A stretch of DNA of 64,000 nucleotides, taken from positions 1,728,001 through 1,792,000 of the forward strand of contig OZ242220.1 in the NCBI GenBank assembly GCA_965206745.1, in the 5' to 3' direction. The position numbers and the translations under genes were made by a program. The DNA is from Nitrosopumilus sp. (lineage in GTDB: Archaea; Thermoproteota; Nitrososphaeria; Nitrososphaerales; Nitrosopumilaceae). Below, in pieces: positions 49,061 to 58,388 of this stretch (position 1 is its first letter; each line of letters starts with the position of its first letter). The notes under the pieces were generated by a model that searched no databases, was not told the origin of the DNA, and saw only the letters and a list, made by a program, of their open reading frames with translations.

Positions 49061-49492
49061 TCAAGCCGCCGGATCCTCCACGATCAGAGTTCCACGCATG
49101 TTGTAGTGAATCAGTCCGCAGTATTCCCTGCATTGAATGTCATGGGTTCCTGCCTCAGTCGGAGCAAACCACACGGTGTTTACTCTGCCAGGGATTGCAT
49201 CCATCAGGACAACGTAATCGTGAATGTTAAAGGAGTGATTGACGTCTGTGGACATTATCTCAAATTTGTAAGCCTTGCCGACCTCAACATGCAGTTCCCC
49301 AATCTCCTTGGTGCCGTCTTCATGCTCAAAGGTCCAGAACCACTGCTGGCCTGTCACCTTGATTATCTCGGCACCTTCGGGAACATGCTCGACTAGTCTT
49401 TCTGCCTCCCATGCTTCAGCACCCACCCAGACCATCAAGGCCACTACAACGCCGATGTAAATCCATTCAGGCCAGTTGGAGTGCCCGCCCAT
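49061..49492 (-). CDS. coxB: Heme-copper oxidase subunit II (CuA domain)
   Basis: QWFW, DVNHSF, CREYCGLIHYNM. Confidence 0.95.
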   Translation of the reverse strand: MGGHSNWPEWIYIGVVVALMVWVGAEAWEAERLVEHVPEGAEIIKVTGQQWFWTFEHEDGTKEIGELHVEVGKAYKFEIMSTDVNHSFNIHDYVVLMDAIPGRVNTVWFAPTEAGTHDIQCREYCGLIHYNMRGTLIVEDPAA

Positions 49493-49494
49493 TA

Positions 49495-49755
49495 TTACCA
49501 GTCCGTTCCCTCATAAGGCGTTGGTTTTGCCTTGGGATGAGACTCTCTGAACCTCCAGCACTGCCAAATGATGGTTCCAGATACGACTGCACCCACAGTA
49601 AATCCAACTGTCATCAATCTATAGAATAAATTCCAGATAACCACCCTTCGATCGAGATACTCCCCTGGTTCATCGCCTGCAGCAAATGCCAAATCCACAG
49701 CTGGAATTACCATCAAGACTGCCAATACCAAGAATAATCCGACGAATTTCTTCAT
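49495..49755 (-). CDS. Heme-copper oxidase subunit II N-terminal TM part (split gene)
   Basis: IWNLF...WRFRES pattern directly upstream of coxB. Confidence 0.75.
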   Translation of the reverse strand: MKKFVGLFLVLAVLMVIPAVDLAFAAGDEPGEYLDRRVVIWNLFYRLMTVGFTVGAVVSGTIIWQCWRFRESHPKAKPTPYEGTDW

Positions 49756-49813
49756 AGTGATTGAATGACGTGGTTTGTAATTTCTATTTAAGGGTTTTCA
49801 AGATTATCGGCCA

Positions 49814-50434
49814 TCAGCCCTGATCGAATCGGGAGGGATGCATCAGGTTCAGTGCCGACAGGGAGAACTTTAGATCCTTCTCCCTGAAGACGTTAAGGGA
49901 CGCATTTGCAATGACTAGCTCAAAGAGGTTGGCAGGGGACAGGTCCACGACAGTTGAGAGCATGGCCTTTATGGGATCCATATGAGTGACAAGGACCACG
50001 TTCTCACCGGGGTGGGTCTTGAGGATGTCATCCACGATTCCCAGTACCCGTTTTTTGACCTGATCAAAAGTCTCCACCCCGTTGTGGGCAATCTCCAGCT
50101 CACCGTTGTAGAACTTCATAAAGACATTGCCATGGGTGGTAAAAATCCCGTCATATCGCATTCCAGTAAACTTTCCCATGTCCAACTCGATTAGGCGCTC
50201 ATCAACTGTAACATTAATCGAGTTGTGCTTGCCTACAATCTCTGCAGTGTGCTTTGCCCTCTGGATTGGACTGGAGTAGATTGCAGAAATGTTCATGTGC
50301 TCGAGCAGTTCTGCAGTATGCTCTGCCTGCTTGATTCCAAGATCTGTCAATGGGACTCCCGGTGTTCTTCCCGTCAGAATTCCCTGGGTATTGTTTGTTG
50401 CCTGGCCGTGTCTGAGGAAGATTATCTGTCCCAA
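49814..50434 (-). CDS. Histidine phosphatase (phosphoglycerate mutase family)
   Basis: RHGQ, SSPIQRA, VTH. Confidence 0.9.
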   Translation of the reverse strand: MGQIIFLRHGQATNNTQGILTGRTPGVPLTDLGIKQAEHTAELLEHMNISAIYSSPIQRAKHTAEIVGKHNSINVTVDERLIELDMGKFTGMRYDGIFTTHGNVFMKFYNGELEIAHNGVETFDQVKKRVLGIVDDILKTHPGENVVLVTHMDPIKAMLSTVVDLSPANLFELVIANASLNVFREKDLKFSLSALNLMHPSRFDQG

Positions 50435-50484
50435 ATTGATCGCTGTTCAAATAGAGATAATAATAACATTGTCAGGGAGATAGC

Positions 50485-51156
50485 ATGAAAGTTGGCATTA
50501 TTGGCGGAACAGGTGGAATGGGCAAAGGGTTTGCCCTGAGGTGGTCGCAGAACAATGACATAGTTATCGGCTCAAGGGATGCTGCAAGGGCATCAGAGTC
50601 CGCAGCAGAGTATGTAGCACTTGCAAGGGAGGCATTCGGCCAGATAAAGGGGACGATTACCGGAAGTGATAACCTCACAGTTGCAAAGGAGAGCGACGTT
50701 CTGATTCTATCAATTCCATATGAGAATATTGACTCTGTATGCTCGAATATACTATCTGAAATCAAAGACGGATGCGTTGTTGTATCTCCAATCGTACCAA
50801 TGACCAAGACGGATGTCGGATTTGAGTGCATCTCCATTAAGGAAGGCAAGCCGTTTTCATACAAGCTTGTTGCAAACCACATGAAGGACAAGTCAAGACT
50901 CGTATCTGCATTCCATGTAATCTCCGAGAAGAAGCTGGTCAACCCCGCACTGGAGTTGGACTATGACATCTTTGTCTGCGGGGATGATGAGGGTTCGGTG
51001 CAGACAGTCAACGGCCTGATCAATCAGATAAAGGGGCTGAGGGCAATCTACCTGGGACCAATCGAGTTGTCATATCTTGCAGAAATGTCAACACCGCTGC
51101 TGCTAAACGCGATGATCAGAAACAAGATAAAGAATCCAGGCATCAAAATAATCTGA
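50485..51156 (+). CDS. npdG: F420H2:NADP+ oxidoreductase
   Basis: IIGGTGGMGKG, GSRD, VSAFH, VCGDD. Confidence 0.9.
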   Translation: MKVGIIGGTGGMGKGFALRWSQNNDIVIGSRDAARASESAAEYVALAREAFGQIKGTITGSDNLTVAKESDVLILSIPYENIDSVCSNILSEIKDGCVVVSPIVPMTKTDVGFECISIKEGKPFSYKLVANHMKDKSRLVSAFHVISEKKLVNPALELDYDIFVCGDDEGSVQTVNGLINQIKGLRAIYLGPIELSYLAEMSTPLLLNAMIRNKIKNPGIKII

Positions 51157-51170
51157 GTCCCCGATTCATC

Positions 51171-51404
51171 ATGAGTCACGAATACTACAAACGGGGCAGG
51201 AACTGGTTTACCGCAATTGGCATACTCTTCTGCGTCATGGGCGGTATCGTCTTGATTCAGCAGCTGCTTATCTGGGGCATCGAGTTTGTCGAGGACTTTT
51301 TGGTCAACGGAGAGTTTACAAACGAAAAGGTCTCAGTTGCAATGCTCTGCTTTGGGATATTTATGATAGCGTGGGGACTGAGAGGGCATGAGCAAAAGGG
51401 ATGA
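51171..51404 (+). CDS. Small membrane protein
   Basis: Two TMs within the operon. Confidence 0.65.
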   Translation: MSHEYYKRGRNWFTAIGILFCVMGGIVLIQQLLIWGIEFVEDFLVNGEFTNEKVSVAMLCFGIFMIAWGLRGHEQKG

Positions 51405-51789
51405 GTTTCTAAGGGATCAGAAGGTACTGCGGCTGGCGACAATCGGCAGGGACAAGGCCCCGCACATTGCCCCTGTCTGGTACATGTACAGTGATAAAAA
51501 GTTCTACATTGGCACAAACACGAAAACACAAAAGGCAAAAAATGTAAAGAACAACAAGCATGTCTGCTGCTGTGTGGATGTAGGGGTCAACTCCCCGGAC
51601 ATTTATGGCGTGCTAGTACACGGGGAGGCAAGCGTCATACTTGAGGAGTCAAGGGTAAAAGAGATTGCAGAAAAGATTCTCTTGAGATATTTTAAGACAC
51701 TAGATGACAAATCTGCAAGACAGCTACTAGGCGATACTGATTGTATAATTGAGGTTGCAGCCGAAAAGTTTACGGTCTGGGACTATTGA
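51388..51789 (+). CDS. Pyridoxamine 5'-phosphate oxidase-like (PPOX) protein
   Basis: LATI...PHIAPVWY...K.KN. Confidence 0.85.
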   Translation: MSKRDEFLRDQKVLRLATIGRDKAPHIAPVWYMYSDKKFYIGTNTKTQKAKNVKNNKHVCCCVDVGVNSPDIYGVLVHGEASVILEESRVKEIAEKILLRYFKTLDDKSARQLLGDTDCIIEVAAEKFTVWDY

Positions 51790-52954
51790 CAAACTCTTCA
51801 ATCTTGTTCATTGCAGAGTCCAGAATCTCAAGACTTGGCAGGTATACCAGCCTAAAGTGTCCGCTGCCGTACTGTCTGCCAAATCCGGAGCCATGGACAG
51901 TCAGCACGCCTTTCTGTTGTAATAGTTCGGTTACAAACTCCTTGTCTGTTCCGAATGGGTTCTCCTCTATCTTTGGAAATGCGTAAAACGCACCCCTTGG
52001 ATTGGGGCAGGATAATCCCGGCATCTCGTTTAGTCGTTTAACTACAAAGTCCCGGTGCTTTTTCATCTCTGAGACAAAGTCGCCGATGTAGTTTTGCGGT
52101 CCACGCAGTGATTCCAAGGCAGCATACTGTACAGGAAGGCTCGTTGCAATCCTGACTCTTGCCAGCTTTGGCAGGTGCTCACGCAGCTCTTTTAGCTGCG
52201 GGGATTGGTTAAATGCAATGTAGCCAATTCTCCATCCGGACATCAGGTGTACCTTGGAGAATCCATTGAGAATGATTACCGGCGAATCGCCTGCGACTCT
52301 TCCGATTCCAACGAACTTTTCATCAAAGACTATCTGATCGTAAATCTCATCACAGATGATGTAGAGGCCGTGCTGATCTGCAATCTCTACCAGCTCCTTT
52401 AGGGACTTTTCATTAAATACGACGCCGGTAGGATTGTTTGGACTGATTAGGCAGATGGCCACAGTCCTTGGGGTTATTTTCAATTTGATATCCTCAATGT
52501 CTGGAGTCGAGTTGTTCAAATCCACTGCAAACTCTACAGGTACTCCGCCATGCAGCCGTACATACGAGGCGTACGGCGGATAGTATGGTCCTGGCAGCAG
52601 CACCTCGTCACCCTCCTCGACAATCGATGAGATTACCATGTCAAGCCCCTCAGAGACGCCGTTTGTGATTAGAATATCATCAGCATCAATTGAGAGTCCC
52701 TTGGCATTCTCCTTCTTGGCTATCTCCTCCCTTAGTTCGAAAAGGCCTTCAGATGAGGAGTAAAAGTTATCGCCACGGTTAATGGCACTGACCAGAGCTT
52801 CTTTGACATTATCAGGCGGTTGGAATCCAAACTGGACGGGATCGCCGATATTCAGATAGTCAACTGGCATTCCCTTCTCCTCGACCTTTCTGGCAGCAAG
52901 GACAATGTCCCTAATTGCATACTCTACTCCTACTACTTTTTTAGATACCTTCAA
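51770..52954 (-). CDS. PLP-dependent aminotransferase class I/II
   Basis: LNIGDP, PNNPTG, DEIY, SKVHLMSGWRIG; TTG start inferred. Confidence 0.92.
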   Translation of the reverse strand: MKVSKKVVGVEYAIRDIVLAARKVEEKGMPVDYLNIGDPVQFGFQPPDNVKEALVSAINRGDNFYSSSEGLFELREEIAKKENAKGLSIDADDILITNGVSEGLDMVISSIVEEGDEVLLPGPYYPPYASYVRLHGGVPVEFAVDLNNSTPDIEDIKLKITPRTVAICLISPNNPTGVVFNEKSLKELVEIADQHGLYIICDEIYDQIVFDEKFVGIGRVAGDSPVIILNGFSKVHLMSGWRIGYIAFNQSPQLKELREHLPKLARVRIATSLPVQYAALESLRGPQNYIGDFVSEMKKHRDFVVKRLNEMPGLSCPNPRGAFYAFPKIEENPFGTDKEFVTELLQQKGVLTVHGSGFGRQYGSGHFRLVYLPSLEILDSAMNKIEEFVNSPRP

Positions 52955-52998
52955 AGTATCTAGACAGATATTTAGACCCGTTAAAATCTTACTTGTTT

Positions 52999-53073
52999 GG
53001 ACTCGTTGCACAGTCTGGATAGTGCGAGCGGCTTCGAACCGCTAGGTCGAGGGATCGAAGCCCTCCGAGCCCT
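52999..53073 (+). tRNA. tRNA-Arg(TCG)
   Basis: AGCGG-CT-TCG-AA-CCGCT anticodon arm; T-arm GAGGG-ATCGAAG-CCCTC; A3:C70 mismatch. Confidence 0.88.
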
Positions 53074-53218
53074 TAATTTTTAATATTTGAAAAACAGTCG
53101 GCGTTGTTTTAGACGGATTCTTTGAATCATCAGGCGAGTCGGCGTCCCATGGCGGGAGCCATGCGAAAAAAACCCTTTAGATTCTCTTATAAGGTAAATT
53201 ATTTCTCTGCATTGTGAA

Positions 53219-53710
53219 ATGAAAGCATCGCCGTTTAAGATCGGATTGGCACTGGTTGCTATCGGAATGATTTGGACTGCACTGATCTTTGATGAAACCG
53301 AAAAGGGATACGATTCAGTCATGTTAAAACAGGCAAACTCTTTTGAAACAGAACTAGAGTTTTCTGGCACGGGTATCGGGTACTACAAACTGTACATGCC
53401 CGAGTTTGCAGGTGAGAAGATTTTTGTCCAGATATTGGATACTGGTGAGAATGTGATCTCAGAGCAGATAGTGCAGACAAAAATGTCGGTGGGATATTTT
53501 GACTTTGATGGTGATGGAAGATACACGCTAAAGATTGCAAATGTTGCAGAGAACCAGATTGATGTACAGACGGAGTTTGGAGATACAAACTCCCAAAAGA
53601 TGCTCCCCTCAGGTATGATGGTTCTTGTAGGTGCCCTGGTGCTGATGGCTGTATCGTATGTGAAGATAAAAAATTACAGTATAGAGCAGCCCGAAGAGAA
53701 TATCTCGTAG
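53219..53710 (+). CDS. Hypothetical membrane protein
   Basis: N- and C-terminal TMs around a beta-rich domain. Confidence 0.7.
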   Translation: MKASPFKIGLALVAIGMIWTALIFDETEKGYDSVMLKQANSFETELEFSGTGIGYYKLYMPEFAGEKIFVQILDTGENVISEQIVQTKMSVGYFDFDGDGRYTLKIANVAENQIDVQTEFGDTNSQKMLPSGMMVLVGALVLMAVSYVKIKNYSIEQPEENIS

Positions 53711-54267
53711 ATTTGAATGCACTGGATTGTGTGTCCGAAAAACAGTACCAGGTTAAATATCAGCCAGGTCGTAAAGAACAAAAATGCAACAATAGAGAAG
53801 GGGAGAAACAGGCCAAGCCTCGTGTGCTCCCTGTTTTTTAAAATTATAACAGCACCCAGCGATGCAAGCACCAGGCCCAGTTCCAGCGGTTGGTGGGACC
53901 AGGAGATCAGCCCGTCAATTCCAAAGACATCATGGGACAGCGAGTCTGCAAAGCCTGAGACAATCTGCAAGACGGATCCTGCAATGACTAGTTTGATTCC
54001 GGTTCTAAGAGAACCGTGAACGGATCCTCGAAGGATCAGCACTCCTCCCATTACTGCGGCACAGCTAGTCATGGATACCCCAAAGTATACCACGATGTGT
54101 GAGGGACTCCAGAAAAATTCCGGTTCCTTTTGAAGGTGGGAGATTGCGTCCCAGAATCCTGCCGAGACAATGACGATCGGGCCGATCACGGCCAGAATCG
54201 ATACAAGGGAGACCAGCGTGGTAGATTTTGCAAGTGAGGAGTTTGAAAGCCTTGCAATTAGTTTCAT
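53674..54267 (-). CDS. Hypothetical multi-TM protein
   Basis: Internal repeat WD..SH...F.SPSH / D..SH..FGID...SWSH. Confidence 0.75.
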   Translation of the reverse strand: MKLIARLSNSSLAKSTTLVSLVSILAVIGPIVIVSAGFWDAISHLQKEPEFFWSPSHIVVYFGVSMTSCAAVMGGVLILRGSVHGSLRTGIKLVIAGSVLQIVSGFADSLSHDVFGIDGLISWSHQPLELGLVLASLGAVIILKNREHTRLGLFLPFSIVAFLFFTTWLIFNLVLFFGHTIQCIQIYEIFSSGCSIL

Positions 54268-54398
54268 CTTGTTTCTACAATTATAGGACTATTTGAAATA
54301 TTGTAAATGTGTAAATTTGAAAAAATTAACGTTATGGGTAATTTTGTGGGCTGGCAAGGGAACTAACTATATTAGATGATGTACAGTAGAGAAACCAT

Positions 54399-54638
54399 AT
54401 GAGCCCGGGAATAGGATTAATGAAGAGACGCCTTGAGAAGGAGAGGGATGCTATAGTGCTGGCCATCTCAGGCATTGCCAAAAAGTACGATGTAAAGCCA
54501 GATGACATCAAGACCCTGGAGACAAAATACCATGATGATGCAGGCGATTGGTATGTCGCTTTAGGATGGGACGAAAAAAAGGCAATTATACAGATGGACT
54601 CGGTGCTGGGAACAATTACAGAGATCAAAGAGATCTGA
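54399..54638 (+). CDS. Conserved hypothetical protein
   Basis: 79-aa ORF with core-like codon usage. Confidence 0.7.
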   Translation: MSPGIGLMKRRLEKERDAIVLAISGIAKKYDVKPDDIKTLETKYHDDAGDWYVALGWDEKKAIIQMDSVLGTITEIKEI

Positions 54639-54767
54639 ATGGCAGAGAGATCCTCAATTACGATTCCGACATTATATTTTGGAGAAGATCCGTATTTCAG
54701 GTTCTTCATGACCCGACAAAATCTTAGATCATAATGATTTTAAACTAGATTGTTGTTATTATAAAAT

Positions 54768-55010
54768 ATGAATAGACAAAGTATTATCACTGATATCGAG
54801 TCTAAAGTGTCCACTTATTCCGTATGGTATATTGGAATAACTGATAATCCGGATAGAAGGAAGGTGGAACATAAAAATCCCAATACTTGGCATTCTTGGA
54901 AAGCCGATAGTGAAGAGGACGCTAGAAGTATAGAAAAATATTTTCTCGATAAGGAAATGAAAGGAGATACAGGCGGAGGGCATAACCCCACATTTGTCTA
55001 TATCTACTAA
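54768..55010 (+). CDS. Small GIY-YIG-like protein
   Basis: WYIGITDNPDRRKVEH...ARSIE. Confidence 0.55.
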   Translation: MNRQSIITDIESKVSTYSVWYIGITDNPDRRKVEHKNPNTWHSWKADSEEDARSIEKYFLDKEMKGDTGGGHNPTFVYIY

Positions 55011-55502
55011 TTTTTTTGAATAGTTGGATTAGCATCTTTATTCATAAAGTTGATGAAATAAAGACATCGTGTCTTGTACAAAAAGTAGTATATTGTACTT
55101 GAAATAAGATATCAGTTCATAAGAATTAATCACCATTCAGATAGATGGTAAACTGAAATGATTTCACATGAATTGCAACGTAAGATAGTAATATTTGAGG
55201 AGATCACATAGAACAGGACTAGAGTATCTGCCACAGACAGGTTGAGAGTGAATACATCAGAGATCTGTTTTACACTGCAAAAAGAAAGGATGTCATAACA
55301 CAGTTTGTAGAATGATACAACTATGGGTGCTCACACATGTTACCAGATGTAACAATTTAAGACAACATGAACGGACATATTAGTACAAGATGTCTCCGAA
55401 AGGAACAGTTGTTGATGAGGAATCAAAAGAATACTATGTTATCAAATAGAGAAGACATACTCTTTTTTGTATCCCTCAGATATCATAATAGAATTCAGAT
55501 AT

Positions 55503-56321
55503 TCAAATTCCACCAGATTTAAAAAATATAACTCTTGGATAATCGCATGTTATACAAAATCTAGTTGATATTTCACTAGTTACAGTATCAGATATTCCAT
55601 CAGGTCCAATATAAGGAGAAAAAAATCCACTATCACAGGATGCAATCATAAAGTTGTATTTTATTTCAGGTGTTTCTAATTTTTGTTTCAAAGTAATAGT
55701 TTCAGCTAATATTAGTTCATCTTGATGATTTGGATGTTTACGTTGAAATCGATAAAGTTGTTTAGATTCTCTATTAATTTGCTCTTTGTGTGTATCAACA
55801 ACTTCCTTTTTTTGACCTGGCGTCCAATGTTCTTCTTCTGCAATAGGATTAGATCGAGTTTTTAATTCTTTAATTCGCCATCCTTTCTTGCTATATTTTT
55901 TCCATTTATCCATTAGAAAAGATGACATCTCTTTTACATCTGTTAAATTATTTTGTACATCAGATCTAATGAGTTTTGCTCGTATTAAAGATCTTAAAAG
56001 ATTTCTCATTTTATGATCAGATGAATTCATTATAGCAACTGAATTATTGTAAAAAATTTCTTTTCTATGCACATCAGTCAACCCTGATGGAATAAAAACA
56101 CTTTTTACTGCTTTTGCTAAAACATGAAAAGATTCAGATCTAACTTTTGGTACAATATATCCGATTTTTTTATGATGGTATTTTCGAAATAAGCTAAATA
56201 ATTGAATAGATTGATCATAGAATTCATGTTTTATTTCAGTGTCAAGTTCAGCAATATTTTGAATTATACTTGCAGCTACAAGAACATTGGTGTCTACTAT
56301 AACTTTTGGATCAGTCATCAA
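55503..56321 (-). CDS. PIN-domain protein
   Basis: IVDTNVL, QDELILAE, ASCD acidic pattern. Confidence 0.7.
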   Translation of the reverse strand: MMTDPKVIVDTNVLVAASIIQNIAELDTEIKHEFYDQSIQLFSLFRKYHHKKIGYIVPKVRSESFHVLAKAVKSVFIPSGLTDVHRKEIFYNNSVAIMNSSDHKMRNLLRSLIRAKLIRSDVQNNLTDVKEMSSFLMDKWKKYSKKGWRIKELKTRSNPIAEEEHWTPGQKKEVVDTHKEQINRESKQLYRFQRKHPNHQDELILAETITLKQKLETPEIKYNFMIASCDSGFFSPYIGPDGISDTVTSEISTRFCITCDYPRVIFFKSGGI

Positions 56322-56871
56322 CTACCCTATAATGATCATCAGATTTTATGTTTAACTTATCCATTAGTTGTGTAAAGCGATATCGTAAATTATCTTTATC
56401 AATAGAATCTCTATCAATCTCTAATGATTCAATTAAATTTCTATCAGCTGCTACATTTCTCAGCTTTCTAGTTTTTTCTAAAATTATATTTATTGTATAT
56501 TCAGAAATAATATTTTCTTCAGACATTTTTAGTACAGTGTCTATTTGAGGCATCAAGATTAAAGAATCTGCTGCAACTTTTGGATTATCATTCATAATTT
56601 GAGACTTTTCAAATCTGTCTTCCATTTTTCCTAAAATTAATTCTACATTTCTTGCAGCTTGATAAAAATAAAATGCATCAGTGCTAGGATGTTCAAGCCA
56701 TTTAGTTTTAATTTCACATAAAAATTTTCTAAGTTGTTTTAAATTATCCAGTATTGACAGATCAACTTTTCCTGTTTCTTCCATATGATTTAGGGAATCA
56801 TTAATTTCCTGAATAATCTGTTCTCTCATCTTTAGTTTACTCCTTTCCCGCATATATAATAACAATTTCAC
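56311..56871 (-). CDS. Hypothetical helical protein coupled to the PIN gene
   Basis: Stop overlaps PIN start; same AT-rich composition. Confidence 0.65.
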   Translation of the reverse strand: MKLLLYMRERSKLKMREQIIQEINDSLNHMEETGKVDLSILDNLKQLRKFLCEIKTKWLEHPSTDAFYFYQAARNVELILGKMEDRFEKSQIMNDNPKVAADSLILMPQIDTVLKMSEENIISEYTINIILEKTRKLRNVAADRNLIESLEIDRDSIDKDNLRYRFTQLMDKLNIKSDDHYRVVDD

Positions 56872-56923
56872 TTATTAACAATTGTTATGGATTGTACTGT
56901 AATCTTGGGGGATATGGATAAAT

Positions 56924-57009
56924 TTTGTACGAGGTTGTCTCAAAAAACTAGGCACAAATATTTTCGACAGTGTTGATTTGTGCCTAACTAAAAAACAGAG
57001 GTGTGGCCT
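56924..57009. mobile_element. MITE-like element, copy C (degenerate)
   Basis: ttgtacgagg...caaaaaactaggcac...gacagtgttgatttgtgcctaactaaaa. Confidence 0.65.
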
Positions 57010-57063
57010 TGGGAACAACCCTACTAGAGAAATTTAATTATCAAACAGATTCTAAAAGATAAC

Positions 57064-57711
57064 ATGACCAGAGCGATTGTACTTGGAGGCTCGCGTGGAA
57101 TTGGCAAGGCAATTTCCGATTCCCTCAAATCAGCAGGCATTGACGTCTTTGCGGCATCCAAGGACGACATTGATACATCGGATCTGGACAGCGTGAGGGA
57201 GTTTCTGAAAAAGCATGCCCAGACAGACATTCTGATTTTGAATACCGGAGGCCCTGCACCAAAACCATTCTCAACGATATCAGAGGAGGACTGGAATCTG
57301 TACCACAACCAGCTGTTTGTGGGATTCTGCACCATACTGCAGAACATCAAAGTTAGTGACGGGGGGTACATTTTTTTGATCAGCTCAAATGTGATCAAGG
57401 AACCAAACTCCAAGCTGGTAATTTCAGCAGCATATCGCGCAGCATTTGCCGAGGTCTTCAAGGTATTGAGCAAAGAGTACGCAGAAAGGAACATCAACTG
57501 CATAAACATTGCACCGGGCCCGATAAACACAGACAGGACTCGGGAGCTAGTAGAGAATGTAAAAGAGTTTGAAAAGACACTGCCCATGGGAAGGCTGGGG
57601 GAGCCCGAAGAGATTGGAGACTTTGTAAAATCAATCATCGAGAATGAGATAAAGTATCTTTCAGGCGTCACGATAAACTTTGATGGTGCAAATTCAAATT
57701 ATATTTTTTAG
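57064..57711 (+). CDS. Short-chain dehydrogenase/reductase
   Basis: GGSRGIG, NTGGP, IAPGPINT, GRLGEPEE. Confidence 0.9.
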   Translation: MTRAIVLGGSRGIGKAISDSLKSAGIDVFAASKDDIDTSDLDSVREFLKKHAQTDILILNTGGPAPKPFSTISEEDWNLYHNQLFVGFCTILQNIKVSDGGYIFLISSNVIKEPNSKLVISAAYRAAFAEVFKVLSKEYAERNINCINIAPGPINTDRTRELVENVKEFEKTLPMGRLGEPEEIGDFVKSIIENEIKYLSGVTINFDGANSNYIF

Positions 57712-57713
57712 GA

Positions 57714-58352
57714 CTATTTCTTAAATTCGACATTTGGCGCGTCTGGCTGACCTGCAATTGCAATCAATCCGCCATCACGCAGCTGCTGTAGCAGTTGCAT
57801 GACCTCCTTCTCCACCTGCTTTCTCTGCAGTCCGGTCTGCTGTGCAAACACTTCAACTAGTTCAGTCACCTTGCGTTGCCCGTTGCATGACTTCCAAAAG
57901 TCAACAATTGCCTGATTAACCATAAAGCCCTGCTCGTGCTCGTTTGCCAGCACCATGGAGCCGTCTTCCTGCTGCACTATCTTGCCGACCCCTTGGGGCA
58001 AGGCAGTCTCGTAGTTTATCGGTGCAGGCGTGTTCATTGCAGTACCCATGTTCTTGATTTTCAGCTTGCCCTCCTCAGTCATCTTGTCCATGGACCATGC
58101 AGGCTCCCACACGATGTCGATCTTTACATTATTTACTCCGGGAACCTTTTTTGCAAATCTTGTTGCATCCTCAACCAGAGTCTCATGCAAAGGACAGCCT
58201 TGGGTGGTCATTGTCATCTTGATGTTGACATCGTTGTTCTCAGTCACGTCAATACCATAAATCAGGCCCATCTCCACGATGTTCAGGGGGACCTCGGGAT
58301 CCATGCATTGCCTGAGGGAGTCCTCAATTGCCTGTGCAGAAACGGTACTCAT
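57714..58352 (-). CDS. DUF59/MIP18 Fe-S assembly domain fused to a PqqD-like domain
   Basis: DPEVPLNIVEMGL, TTQGCP, WEPAW; C-terminal VN.A..FW..CNG.R.V...L..GGLI. Confidence 0.85.
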   Translation of the reverse strand: MSTVSAQAIEDSLRQCMDPEVPLNIVEMGLIYGIDVTENNDVNIKMTMTTQGCPLHETLVEDATRFAKKVPGVNNVKIDIVWEPAWSMDKMTEEGKLKIKNMGTAMNTPAPINYETALPQGVGKIVQQEDGSMVLANEHEQGFMVNQAIVDFWKSCNGQRKVTELVEVFAQQTGLQRKQVEKEVMQLLQQLRDGGLIAIAGQPDAPNVEFKK

Positions 58353-58388
58353 ATTGTATATGGCAGCTTGAAAAACAATAAAAACTTA

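Noticed and set aside
49061-49755. Split cytochrome oxidase subunit II
   Set aside because: Usual arrangement in thaumarchaeal cox clusters, not novel
57714-58352. PqqD-like domain as a sign of a RiPP cluster
   Set aside because: Fused to DUF59 in a core context with no precursor or maturase nearby
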